Below, one piece after another: positions 1 to 14,640 of a stretch of DNA of 64,000 bases (position 1 is the first letter of the stretch; every line of letters begins with the position of its first letter). The stretch lies in assembly GCF_009914755.1 (NCBI RefSeq), contig NC_060927.1; one strand, written 5' to 3'. The notes beneath the pieces are model-generated. The model saw nothing but the letters and a program-made list of their open reading frames with translations, searched no databases and was not told where the DNA came from. This DNA is from the human T2T-CHM13v2.0 reference genome, Homo sapiens. The position numbers and the translations under genes are program-made.

Positions 1-1049
1 TGTTTAAAATATTCCCGTTAAAGCCCGGAGGAAGCTAAAGACAAAGCCATCTAATTACTGATTCCTTATTTAGCACCGTAAGTATGTCACACTCTCCTTG
101 TTTATATTAACCCCCCATGCCTTTTGTTTGAACTATCAAATTTTCTTTGATCCCCCTTTTCCTTAATCTGTTCAAAATTTTACATTCTATTCCAACTCAT
201 GTCGTGGTTCCCAATGGAGACACACACTTCAACTTATAAACGTGTCAGAGTCTAGAATTTCGTTGTTCTCTTATATTCAGCCTGTATGTCATCTCCAGGA
301 ACTAGACAAGAACTTTAATAATGTCTAGTTCCTTCTGAAGTCCCCCATGCCCCAAATGTCTATGTCAAAGTCTTCTGGAATTTTAATTCCAGATCACCCA
401 TCTTTCTTCCAGAATCTTACTTATCTAGACTTAATAATATAGCTAACTAATTTCCTTGCTTTCCGATTCTTCTTGCATCCCACTTCTAGGTTTTTTGGGT
501 TTTTTTCCCTGGCTGAAAAACATTATTCATACTTTCGCTGTACATAACAGCTGAATTCAAACTGCCCTGAACAGAAAAGGGGTTTAGTAGCTTGCACACT
601 ATAAGTTGTGTACTCTAAGTTCAGGGGAAGCTCAGGCTTCAGGTCCAGTCTGAGTAGGAGTCTCACTTTTTCTCCTTTTTCTGTAGGCCCTTTCTCTCTT
701 CATGTGGCCTTGCCCTTGAGCTGACACTTCTTGCCTCCTCCACTCCCAAAACATTTGACTGATCATAGAATTCTAGATTCAGAGTTACTTCCCTCTCGAA
801 GCTCTAAGGATGTTGCACCATTGCTTTCCAGTCATTGATGCTGCCATGCAAAATCTACTGTAAGCCTAATTCTGCTTTCCATGCAGGTCTCAGCTCTCAG
901 GCAGCTTTTGGAATGTTCTCTCTACCATACTTCATACTCCCAAAGGGTGTTATTCTTGTAGCCCGCTCAGGATTCACATCTTTCTTTCATCGGGAGAATT
1001 CATATAGCCAAAATTTCCTCGTATTTTGCTGTCATCCAAATGTTCAGGC

Positions 1050-2095
1050 TTTCCATGTTAGATGACCTCTGGATCCTGTGGATGATGGATCCTGTGGGTC
1101 CTCAGGATGATGGATCCTGGGGGAGCTCCACATTAGATGACCTCTGGATCCTCAGGACAACTGATCACAGAAGAGCTCCAAGTTAGATGACCTCTGATCC
1201 TCAGGACGATGGATTGTGAGGGAGCTCCACGTCACATGACATGTGTCTCCTCAGGATGACAAATCCCAGCAGAGTTCCACATTAGATGACCTCTGGATAC
1301 TCAGGATGATGGATCCCGAGGGAGCTCCATGTTAGATGACCTCTGATCCTCAGGACGACAGATTGTGAGGGAGCTCCACGTTACATGATGTGTGGATCCA
1401 CAGATAACGGATCTCAGGGGAGCTCCATGATAGATGACCTCTAGATACTCAGGACGACGGTTCCCAGGGAAGTTCCACATTAGATGACTTCTCATCCTCA
1501 GGATGATGGATCCTGGGGGGAACTCCATGTTAGGTGACCTGTGGATCCTCAGGATGACAGATCCTGGGAGAGCTCCACGTTAGATGCCTGTGGATCCTCA
1601 GGACAATGGATCCGGAAGGAGCTCCATGTTAAATGACCTGAGTATCCTCTGTATGATGGATCCCAGGGGAGCTTCATGTTAGATGAATCCTAAGATGAGA
1701 TGCGGATCTTCAGGATGATGGATTGCAGGAGAGCTCCATTTCTGATGACCTGTGGATCCTCAGGATGATGGATCCTGGGAGAGCTCTATGTTAGATGGCC
1801 TGAGAATCCTCAGGATGATGGATCCTGGGAGAGCTCCATGTTAGATGACCTGTGGATCCTTAGGACAATGGATCCTGTAAGAGAGCCACATTACATGGCC
1901 TGTGGATCCTCAGGACAATGGATCCCAGAAGAACTCCACATTACATGACCTGTGGATCCTCAGGACAATGGATCCTGGGAGAATTCCATGTTACATGACA
2001 TCTGATCCCCAGGATGATGGATCCCTGGGGAGCTCCACGTTAGATCATCTGTGGATCCTCAGGACAATGGATCCCATGAGAGCTCCATGGATGAC
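1050..2095. repeat. 50-bp minisatellite (VNTR), ~21 diverged copies
   Basis: Unit ~CTCCATGTTAGATGACCTGTGGATCCTCAGGATGATGGATCCTGGGAGAG; GCTCC recurs at 1125, 1175, etc. (period 50). Confidence 0.92.
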
Positions 2096-2278
2096 TGCTC
2101 TGTCACACTGTCCATCTCTCTCTTGCCCAAATATCTAGTTTTTATTCCTCAGTCCTATCTATTCTGTGATTCAAACCATCAACATTAACTTTGGATTCCA
2201 ACAACCTTGTTTTTCATCCCAAGTATCTTTAATTGGCTTTTAATATAAGCACATTAAAAGGACTCAGAGAGCTGCTGG

Positions 2279-2284
2279 TTTATT
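2279..2284 (-). terminator. AATAAA polyadenylation signal of PRR20G
   Basis: TTTATT on + strand, ~260 nt downstream of the stop codon. Confidence 0.7.
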
Positions 2285-2540
2285 TGAATAAGCATTGAGG
2301 AACTCCATGCATGTGTATTTTTGACAGAACATACAAAGCGGAGGCAAGAGGGGAATTGGAAGCAGATGGACTACTGTCAGGATCCTGGGAGGAGGACTTG
2401 GAGGCTCATGACAACACAAAGTAAGGGCTCTGACTGGGATGGGCAGGGAGGAGTGGAGCAGAAATGGGGCTAGAGTTTGGGGATAGGGGGAAAGACCAGG
2501 TGGAAGAAAAGAAGGCTGGCAGCAATATGGGTGACAGAGG

Positions 2541-3200
<660 letters not shown>

Positions 3201-3949
3201 TCAGGGAGGGCCCAGGGGAACCCGGGCAAACAGAGTGAGGGTCGGGAGATGCCTGCAGGGTGAGCCCTCAGGAGCACTCTGTCCAAGGGCCTAGCCTGGG
3301 CTCAGCACTTTCCATGAGCCTCTCAAGTCCTTGCAATGACCTTGTCAGTCAGATATTATGATTGCCATTTTACTAATAAGTAAATGAGTCTACAGTTCCC
3401 TACAGTGGCTGAGTTTGAATAAAAATGACACACTGCCTGCCTTCACTGTGTTTAAACCTCAGTAGGAGAGACAAACAGAACACCTAAAAATGAATGATGC
3501 TAATGAGTGACCAGCTGGGAGGTGAAAGGTATCATAAGGGAGGTGGCTCCATATCCAGAATGCTGGCGTTGTATTCCCAGGCAGCTTCACTTATCTGGGC
3601 ATCAGTGGCTCTTTTCATAAATTAGTATAATAACATGCCAACCCCTGGGTCCTTACAAGAACTGAGTTACTACAAGAAAAATGTTTACATTACTATCAGG
3701 TGCAAGTAAGCATCTTAACATGTATTGGGAAGGAGATGATCAGAAAGTCTTATTGGAGAAGTTAACCTAAGCCAGGGATATCAAGGATGGGTGGGATTTA
3801 GCAAGGCAAAGGCGGGAGAGGATTAGTAGGGATAGCAGGGAGGGAGAGGATTCCAGGTGACAGGGGGGCCGGGGGTAGTTGCATGGCTTCCAGGAGGAAA
3901 AAAGCCTGGGGTAGCTATAAGCTAGTTTGGCAGGGAGGGGAGGCGTTCA

Positions 3950-5150
3950 CACAGATACATGATTGAGCAATGGAACAGAACAGGAAGTCCGAAACTAGAC
4001 AAACGTCTACAGAAATTTTATCAATGACAGAGTAGGCATTGAAGATCATCTGAAGATCCTTCCCTGGGAAACCTGTGTAGCCTAAGAAAAAGTCCCAAGA
4101 AACTGACATCTAAGGTTGCCCAATTTCATAGCCCAACCATATCTATTCTGTGGAACCCAATCAACAAGCCCCATCCACGAGCTTGGAGCTCCCAACAGCC
4201 TCTTCTGGGTCCCATTTTTAAACTATAAGCAGCAATCAGATATCACCAAACATCAGAGGAAAGGCTCTAACATAAGAGACAGAACAATAACACAAGAAAA
4301 GCCAACTTGGAGGAAACAGTTTATGCCACAGATGAGACTTTCCAAAAACATCTATAATTAATATCCCCAGAGAGATAGAAGGAATTATGCCCATGAATCA
4401 ATTATAGGGTACTTTTGAAAAGGAATATTCAGAAAAACTACAGCTTTTTGAAATTAAAATTATGAGAGCAGAAATGAAAATCTCCATGGAAATTTTGGAG
4501 GATAAAGTTGAGAAGATCTCCCAGGAAAGAGAGCAAAAACCCACAATGATGGAAAGGAAGGAAGATAAAATATAAGAAAATTAGAAGTGTATTGTTACTG
4601 AGACACATCCCCATAAAATTCCAGAGTGCTGGTGACAACGAAAGATCTTAAAATCTTCCAGAGAGGGAGAAAGAGAAAGGGAAGAAAGGCCATATGGAAA
4701 GGGTCAGGATTCAACATGTCTCAAAAATCAGACACCTCAAAAGCAGCAATTAAATCTAGAAGATTATAGAAAATGCCTTCAAAATTTCGAGGGAAATGGA
4801 TTTCCCACCCAAAATTTGATATCCAACCAAAGTATCCCTTAGGAATCAGAATGAAGATGTTTGCAGACAAGCAAGATCTTAAATAATTTCCCTTCAAGGC
4901 ATGCTTTCTTGTAATGTGCCTATCAAACTAGACAAGATTAAAAGATTTAGGACAGTGTATGAAGGGAAATGTTTTCAAGAATAATTTGGCAATGGCCATC
5001 AAATTCCAATACCTCCAGAAAAGAACAAGGTGAGAGTCCTGGCTTATCATACGTAGATCGAGACATAGTGTAAGGACTCACTCTTCCAAAGAGAAAAAGT
5101 AAAATAAGAAAGAAAAAGACACCAGATAAAGGAAATGGGTTAAAATTCAA
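3950..5150 (+). mobile_element. Old L1 fragment (ORF1-region remnant) in PRR20G intron
   Basis: A-rich degenerate L1 ORF1-like text (aaatgccttcaaaattt, aatttgatatccaaccaaagtatcc); boundaries approximate. Confidence 0.55.
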
Positions 5151-5794
5151 AAGAGGAAAAGGAATTTCCCAGATGATGTGGAAGGGAGATCCTGGAGTGG
5201 CAGCTGGGAGGTGACTCAGAGCAGCCAGTCCCGGTTGGAGCAGGCTATGAGAAAGTGAAACTGAGAGAACGCTTGATTGAGTTTGAATTTAAGTAATTGG
5301 GGAAGAATTGAGGGATAGACTCGTGATAAGTAAACACATAATAACCCAGGAGAAGTGTCAAGTCCTGGAAAACTCAAGTTATGCAAGAGGTGCAAAGTAA
5401 TCCTAGTGTCCTACTGGCTCCTGGGCGGTGGGGGAGGGGCAGAGGGTGTGGGACCTGGGATGGGTGTGGCTGGGTGAGTGGTGGTGGTGGTGGGAATCTG
5501 TGAACTACAGCTAAATACTCCACTACTCTAGCGGGAAGACCATAAATAAAGTCTAAACGGAAAAAGAAATAGCAGTAGGGTACGCATGTTATTTAAAGAA
5601 TGAGAGGAAATGCTAGAAGAAATGGCTACCCAGATGGAGGTGGTGGTCCCAAAGGTGTGGGAGATTGAGAAGGAGCATGGGCTGCTGCATTTCATAACAT
5701 GTCACATTTGCATATCTAAGTTCTATAAGTCAATACCAAAGGTAAAGTAAAAATCTGGAAAAAATTAAAAAGAGTGGTAGGCGTTTGATGGTAC

Positions 5795-5846
5795 CTTGAT
5801 TTGGGGCCAGGAAGCGAGGTCGTTTCGAGTGCCTTGGTTCCTCCAT
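5795..5846 (-). CDS. PRR20G: PRR20G first coding exon (MEEPRHSKRPRFLAPNQ)
   Basis: ATG at 5846; donor G|GTACC, phase 1, compatible with the 3121 acceptor; matches the PRR20 N-terminus MEEPRxSKRxR; polypyrimidine-CAG acceptor 7 nt upstream of the ATG (exon begins at 5853). Confidence 0.9.
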
Positions 5847-6470
5847 GAGGAATCTGCGGGAGTGGGTGGGGAGGAAAACGCGTCTGTCAGGGTATTAAAC
5901 CACAGCCTAATTTCCCAAGCGTCACGCAGCGATGCGGACCCCACCTCACCCCCTCCTACAGGGCCACTGCCGCTCGCGGGTCTCAGAGCATTTGCACTGA
6001 GCCCGCGGGGCGCAGCCAGGGGGATCCTGTGAAGGTGGGAGTTGGGGTGGGGGGAGACTTCCGCATTTTAAAGGATTTCCAAGTGGAGCCAGTAGCAAGC
6101 GGGGATTGGCCTAGAGGCAGCTTGATTAACTTATCCCAGTTTCTTCAGGCAAAGCTGGTACCGGGGAGACTTAGGCCTCCTGGAGGAATGATCCCTCCTT
6201 AGCGGAAGAGAGAAAAAAGATGGAGAATGGGGAACAGAGTTGCGAAGAAGACAGCGGTGACAAGGCATGTGGCCTCGGCCTTCTAGAGCACTGAGGATTC
6301 TGTCCCCACCTGTACCCACGCAAACTCTACCCACCCCTCAGGGACACCCAGACACACACCTGATCTCCCTGCAGCTGGCTCTCTTCTATGGGGAGAGGCC
6401 TGAGGAGCTGGAGGTGTCCACGGGATCTCACGGCTATGGCTCCGACGTCGCCCTCAAATGCGCCCCCTAC

Positions 6471-6530
6471 CAGGCAGGTAGGAGGGAGCACCCAGCAGTC
6501 CTAGTTCGGAGCCCGGCAGAAAGCTGACTG
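6471..6530 (-). other. PRR20G: Putative non-coding first exon of PRR20G
   Basis: The acceptor at 5853 requires an upstream exon; donor CTG|GTAGGG at 6471/6470; lies ~25-30 nt downstream of a TATA-like element. 5' boundary approximate. Confidence 0.6.
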
Positions 6531-6552
6531 CTCGCGGTTACGAGAGCTCCCT

Positions 6553-6602
6553 CTTATAAGGCGGTGAGGCCGTCACGTGATGGGAGTGGTAAGGGGCGGG
6601 GC
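6553..6602 (-). promoter_or_regulatory. PRR20G core promoter: TATA-like CTTATAAG, E-box GTCACGTGAT, GC box GGGGCGGGGC
   Basis: Motifs at 6553-6560, 6572-6581 and 6593-6602, in canonical order for minus-strand transcription; locally CpG-rich. Confidence 0.65.
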
Positions 6603-7429
6603 CAGCTGGGGCAGGCCTGACTGGGCTTGGAAGGCCATTGGGCCAGTCCTTTGCTTGTCAAATAAAGCCCACCGAGAAGCCCCTGTGCATAAATGTCAAT
6701 GGTTGATTGATCAATCTAATCGTTGAGGAAAAAAAATTCATAATTACAATTAAGTGCCAGCAAAAGGGAGGTGTGGTGCCGTGAGAGTAGCGAATAGGAA
6801 GATTTGATTTAATTAGATCTGAGCATGGTGAAGGAAAGCATGGGGGGGGATATTTGCGCTGAAGTCTGGAATTTGGAATTTGAAATTAGTCGACGTGAAC
6901 CTGGCTGGGAAGGGCAGGGAGGGAGGCAGGGGAGTGAAGAAGGGGCGCTGAGGCCCGGACTGGAAGGGAGCCCAGCCCATGCCGGGAATGGAGGGGGAGA
7001 CCAGGCCCAGGCCCCGGGTGTGTGAGGTGGGGGCGGGGGCCGCAGGAGCTGGTCTTCTTCCGGGAAACCACCAAATGGTGTCCTGAGCGGGTGAACATTT
7101 CAAAAACGGTCAGCCTGGCTGTGAAGGAGAGAATTCAGGGTGCCCAGGTTAACTCCGAGACGCAAAGAGGCTACGCAGCCCTAGGGGCTGGGCACAGGAT
7201 CGTGTTAGGCTAGGACTGTGGGCGGCAAAGGTGGAGAACGTTCCCCGGGAGGGAGAGAAATCTGCAAGTGAAAGTGAGCCGAGTGTGAACAGCCCTTGGA
7301 GGGAAGGAGCCTGCAGCCTTGGCCTCCCGTTCCTTCAGACGAAGGTGGACCAGGAACCTGCGCTGAGTGTAAGATGGGGAGCTTGGCTTCTGCACGTTGG
7401 GTTGAAGAAGCTTTTGAGGCACCAAGTGA

Positions 7430-8058
<629 letters not shown>

Positions 8059-8082
8059 CCCATAATGCTGTTTTAAAAATCC

Positions 8083-9980
<1,898 letters not shown>

Positions 9981-10029
9981 AAGTAATGTAATTCCAGTTA
10001 GGCTCTCAATTTGTTTGTTGTTGTTGCTT

Positions 10030-13000
10030 TTGTTTTTAAAAAAATCAACTTCATTGAGGTACAATTTACACACAGTAAAATGCATCCATTTGAAGTACCC
10101 AATTTGATGAGTTTTGATAAACTTGTAGACTTGGGTAACCACTCCCACAGTTAAAATACAGAATAATTTCATCACTGGGCCAGCTCCCTTGCGTCCTTTA
10201 GCAGTCAGCCCCCTTCCCCTATCCTCTGCCCCAGCAACCACTGATCTGCTTTTTATCTCTACAGATTATTTTTGCTTGTTCTAGGATTTCACATAAATGG
10301 AAGCATACAGTACACCCCCTTTTCTGCCGGGTTTCTCTTGCTTGACATAATGTTGTTGAAGTCCATCTATGTTGTAGAATGCATAAGTCATTCATTCCTT
10401 TTCATTGCTGAGTGGTGTCTCATTGCATTAATAGACCGCAGTTTATTTATCCAGTCATTACTAGCTGATGGACATTGATTGGGTTGTTTCCAGTTTGGGA
10501 CTATAATGAAGAAAACTGCTAAGAACACTCGTGTACAAGACTTTGGATAGACATATGCTTTCATTTTACTTGGGCAAATATCTACAAGTGAAATTTCTGG
10601 GTCAAATAATCAAGTTTTTTTTTAGATTTATAAAAAATTATCAAATTGCTTTCCTATTAGTTGTGGGATTTTACATACCTTCCCAAAGTGTGTGAGGGTT
10701 TTAGGCATTCCCACATCCCTGCCAACACTTGATATTGCTGATCCTTTTCCTTTAAGCCACTCTAGTGTCTGTGGAGTGGTGTCTCATAGTGGTTTCAACT
10801 TGCATTCCCTTGATGACTAATGTTATGCTTAATGGATTCTTAAAAATAAGTGGTTTTATTTTAGAATAGTTTTAGACTCACAGAAAAGTTGAAAAAAACA
10901 CAGAGAGTTCTCTTACAACCCACACAAAATTTATCGTTCCTGGCATCTTACATTAGCATGGTATATTTGTCATAATTAGTTATTATGGAAATAGCAATTA
11001 TTGATACATTAACCAATACTGATACATCGTTATTAACTAAAGTCTATGTTTGGTCTATCCTCGGTCTTGACATACCTTTTCTGTCTCAGGACCCCATCCA
11101 GGGTACCACATTACAATTAGTAATGGCTCCTCTTAGGTGCAAGGGTTTCTCAGGCTTGCCTTGTTTTTGATGACCTGGACACTTTGATTACTGGTCAGGT
11201 ATACTGTAAGACGTCCTCTCCTGAAATTCATCTGATGTGTTCCTCACGATCCTACTGGAATAGTGTGTTTTTGTAAGGAAGATTGCCGAGGGAAAGAACT
11301 ATTCCCATCCCATCCTGTCTAGGGTGCACACTATCAGCATGGCTTATCACTGCTGGTATTCGTCCTGGTCACCTGGCTGGGACAGTGTTGGTTAGGTTTC
11401 TCCACCATAAAGTAATTTTCCCCTCTCTTTCTCTGCTGCATTTTTTGGGAGTCACTATCTGTAGCCTACACTTTAAAAAAGGGAAAGTACGCTTATCTCC
11501 TTGCAGGAGAATGGCTACCTAAATTATTTGGAGTTCTCCTGTGTGGGGGATTTGTCTATTCTTCCCCATGTATTTATTTATATAATCATTTATTTATATC
11601 AGTATGGACTCATGGATATCTGTTGTATACTTTGGATTATAATCCAATTCTTCATGGGATTAATTATTTAATAATTTAGCTAATTATTTTATTAAATATT
11701 TTCATTACATATTTAATTATTAATTATTTAGTTAATTATTTTGTTACTCAAAGTTTCCAGCTTTGGCCATTGGGAGCTCCTTCAGTTGGCTGCTGGGTCC
11801 TTTTGTCACACCCTGATACGGTTTTGCTGTGTCCCCACCTAAATCTCATATTGAATTGTAGCTCCCATAATTCCCATGTGTTGTGGGAGGGACCCAGTGG
11901 GAGATAATTGAATCATGGGGGCTCTTTCTCCCATACTGTTCTCATGGTAGTGAATAAGTCTCATGAGAGCTGATGATTTTATAAGGGGTTTCCCCTTTCA
12001 CTTGATTTTTTTTTTCATTCTCTCTTGTCTGCCTCCATGTAAGACATGCCTTTTGCCTTCTGCCATGATTGTGAGGCCTCCCCAGTCACAAGGAACTGAG
12101 AGTCCAGTAAACCTCTTTTTCTTTATAAATTACTAAGTCTCAGGTATGTCTTTATCAACAGTGTGAGAACTGACTAATACATGCCCCATCACTGTGACTT
12201 TTGGTTTGGTTTGGGGCCCCTCCTTGCTCCCTGGCACCACAGGATGTTCTGTGCTCATTTGCATATTCTTATCCTTATTGGGCTTTCATGTTCTCACTGA
12301 CCACAGCCATAGATACTTTTGTGAAGTTTCTGTTCAAAACTTTTACCCTTTTTATTGGGTTGACTTTCTATTCTTGAGTTGTAAGAGTTCTTTGTGTGTT
12401 ATGGATACAGGTCTTTGATGAATATATGTATTGAGTGTGAATGTATTCTCCCAGTCTGTGTCTTGCCTTTTCATTTTCTTAACAGTGTCTTTGAAATAAC
12501 AGATTTTAATTTTAATGAGGCCCAGTATCTCAAGTTGGGATTCCCAGGAAGCCAACTCTGAGATGGAAATTAGAATGCAGAAGGTGTATGAGGTGTGCCT
12601 TCTAGGGATGTAGAAGGGAAAGAGGCAGGCCCACTCAGCCTCAATGCTGTGCCTCAGTAGACCCTGTGGGATGTTCTGGTGGTAAGGTGACCTGCTAAAG
12701 CTGTTCTGAGTTGGGGCAACAGGGCCAGGCCTTGATGTCCCCATTGAATGTCGCTGGATGCAAGATGCCTGAAGGATGAGTGTGCCCATGGGTAAGGGTC
12801 AGGGGAGTCCCTTCAGCCAAGGCAGTCCCTTAGGGTCCATCTGCAAGGGCTGAGGGCTGTCTGCTGGTGGCAATTCTCACAGCTGAGGTCACAAATACTT
12901 AATTTCTGAAGAAGGGTCTAGCAGCAAATCACAGTGCCCATTGCAAAAAATGCATCAATGTTTTCTTGTACAATTCATGTTTTTTGCGTCCCATCTAAGG

Positions 13001-13200
13001 AATCTTTGCCTACTCCAAAGTCATATACAGTTTTCCTATATTTTCTTCTAGAAGTTTTATAGTTTTAGCTTTCACCTTTAGGTTAACAACCATTTTTGTT
13101 AATTTTTGTGTAGAGTGTGAAGTAAGGGTTGAGATTTATATTTTTAATTATGGGCGTCCAGTTTGTTCCAACACCATTGGTTAAAATCAATGCTGTTTTT
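10030..13200 (-). mobile_element. Nested old L1 (L1M-type) 3' fragments
   Basis: Antisense L1 3'-end phrases (gcaaccactgatctgctt, gctgatggacattg, atccctgccaacactt); interrupted by an LTR; boundaries approximate. Confidence 0.7.
11814..12181 (+). mobile_element. THE1/MST (ERVL-MaLR) solo LTR
   Basis: TGATACGGTTTTGCTGTGTCCCCACC...CTAATACA; flanks caccc/tgccc consistent with a CpG-decayed 5-bp TSD. Confidence 0.88.
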
Positions 13201-13379
13201 TTTTTCTTTATTGGAATTGGATGAAATGTTTTAAATTTTATATGGAGAATTAAATTTCAGAGGAAAAAAGTTGTGAAAAAGAACAATAGTGAGTTGAGCC
13301 TTTCCCAGCTATTAAAATAGTATGGTATTGGCAAAGGAACAGATGAATTAGTTGATGAGAATAGGTCAGAAACATATAA

Positions 13380-13610
13380 CAGCTAACAATAATAGCTAAC
13401 ATCTATTGGACGCTGCCATGTGCCAGGCATTGTCCCCAGTCCTTTTCACATATTCATGCATTCAATCCTCCCAGCAACTTTAGTGTGTAGGTAATACTGT
13501 TATTCTCATTTTACAAAGGAAGAAACAGGGGTACTGGGTGCTTGAGTGGCTTATCCACAGTCACCCAGCTACTGTGGGGCAGAATCAGGATTTTAACCTG
13601 ACTGTTATTC
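13380..13610 (+). mobile_element. MIR
   Basis: ccatgtgccaggcattgt...attctcattttacaaaggaagaaac...cacagtcacccagct core; strand uncertain. Confidence 0.65.
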
Positions 13611-13626
13611 AAGAGCTCCAAGTCTT

Positions 13627-14302
13627 TTTTTTTTTTAATTTTTAGTATTTATTGATCATTCTTCGGTGTTTCTCGGAGAGGGGGATTTGGCAGGGTCATA
13701 GGACAATAGTGGAGAGAAGGTCAGCAGATAAACAAGTGAACAAAGGTCTCTGGTTTTCCTAGGCAGAGGACCCTGCGGCCTTCCACAGTGTTTGTGTCCC
13801 TGGGTACTTGAGATTAGGGAGTGGTGATGACTCTTAACGAGCATGCTGCCTTCAAGCATCTGTTTAACAAAGCACATCTTGCACCGCCCTTAATCCATTT
13901 AACCCTGAGTGGACACAGCACATGTTTCAGAGAGCACGGGGTTGGGGGTAAGGTTATAGATTAACAGCATCCCAAGGCAGAAGAATTTTTCTTAGTACAG
14001 AACGAAATGGAGTCTCCTATATCTACTTCTTTCTACACAGACACAGTAACAATCTGATCTCTCTTTCTTTTCCCCACATTTCCCCCTTTTCTATTCGACA
14101 AAACCGCCATCGTCATCATGGCCCGTTCTCAATGAGCTGTTGAGTACAGCTCCCAGACTGGGTGGCGGCCGGGCAGAGGGGCTCCTCACTTCTCAGACGT
14201 GGCTGCCAGGCAGAGGCGCCCCCCACCTCCCGGACGGGGCGGCTGCCGGTTGGGGGCGCCCCCCACCTCCCAGACAGGGCGGCTGCCGGGTGGGGACGCC
14301 CC
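13627..14302 (-). mobile_element. 5'-truncated SVA (SINE-R + partial VNTR), older-subfamily-like
   Basis: Poly-T, SINE-R text, GC-rich VNTR; 9-bp TSD CCAAGTCTT at 13618-13626 and 14303-14311 (TT/AAGA L1-EN site). Confidence 0.95.
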
Positions 14303-14394
14303 CCAAGTCTTAACCTATGCATTATATTGCTTCTGTCCATAAGGGAACTCAGTATCAGACCAAGACCATATTTTGATTCAGTGATAAAACATGT

Positions 14395-14640
14395 ATACTA
14401 GTTTCCCATTGCTGCTGTAACAAATTGCTGCCAACTTAGTGACTTAACACAAATTTATTATTTTACAGCACTGGAGGTCAGAAGTCCAAAATATGTCTTA
14501 CAAGGCTAAAATCAAGGTATCAGTGAGGCTGAGTTTCCTCTGGAGGATCCAGGGGAGAATCCGTTTTCTTGCCTTTTCCAGCTACTAGAAGCTGCCTTCA
14601 TTCATTGGCTCACAGCCCCTCCCTCCTTCTTTGAAGACCC
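14395..14640 (-). mobile_element. MLT1 (MaLR) LTR fragment
   Basis: tgtatactagtttcccattgctgctgtaacaaat...ctggaggtcagaagtcc. Confidence 0.75.

Noticed and set aside
1050-2095. CRISPR-like array
   Set aside because: Contiguous tandem units with no unique spacers, no cas genes, human context
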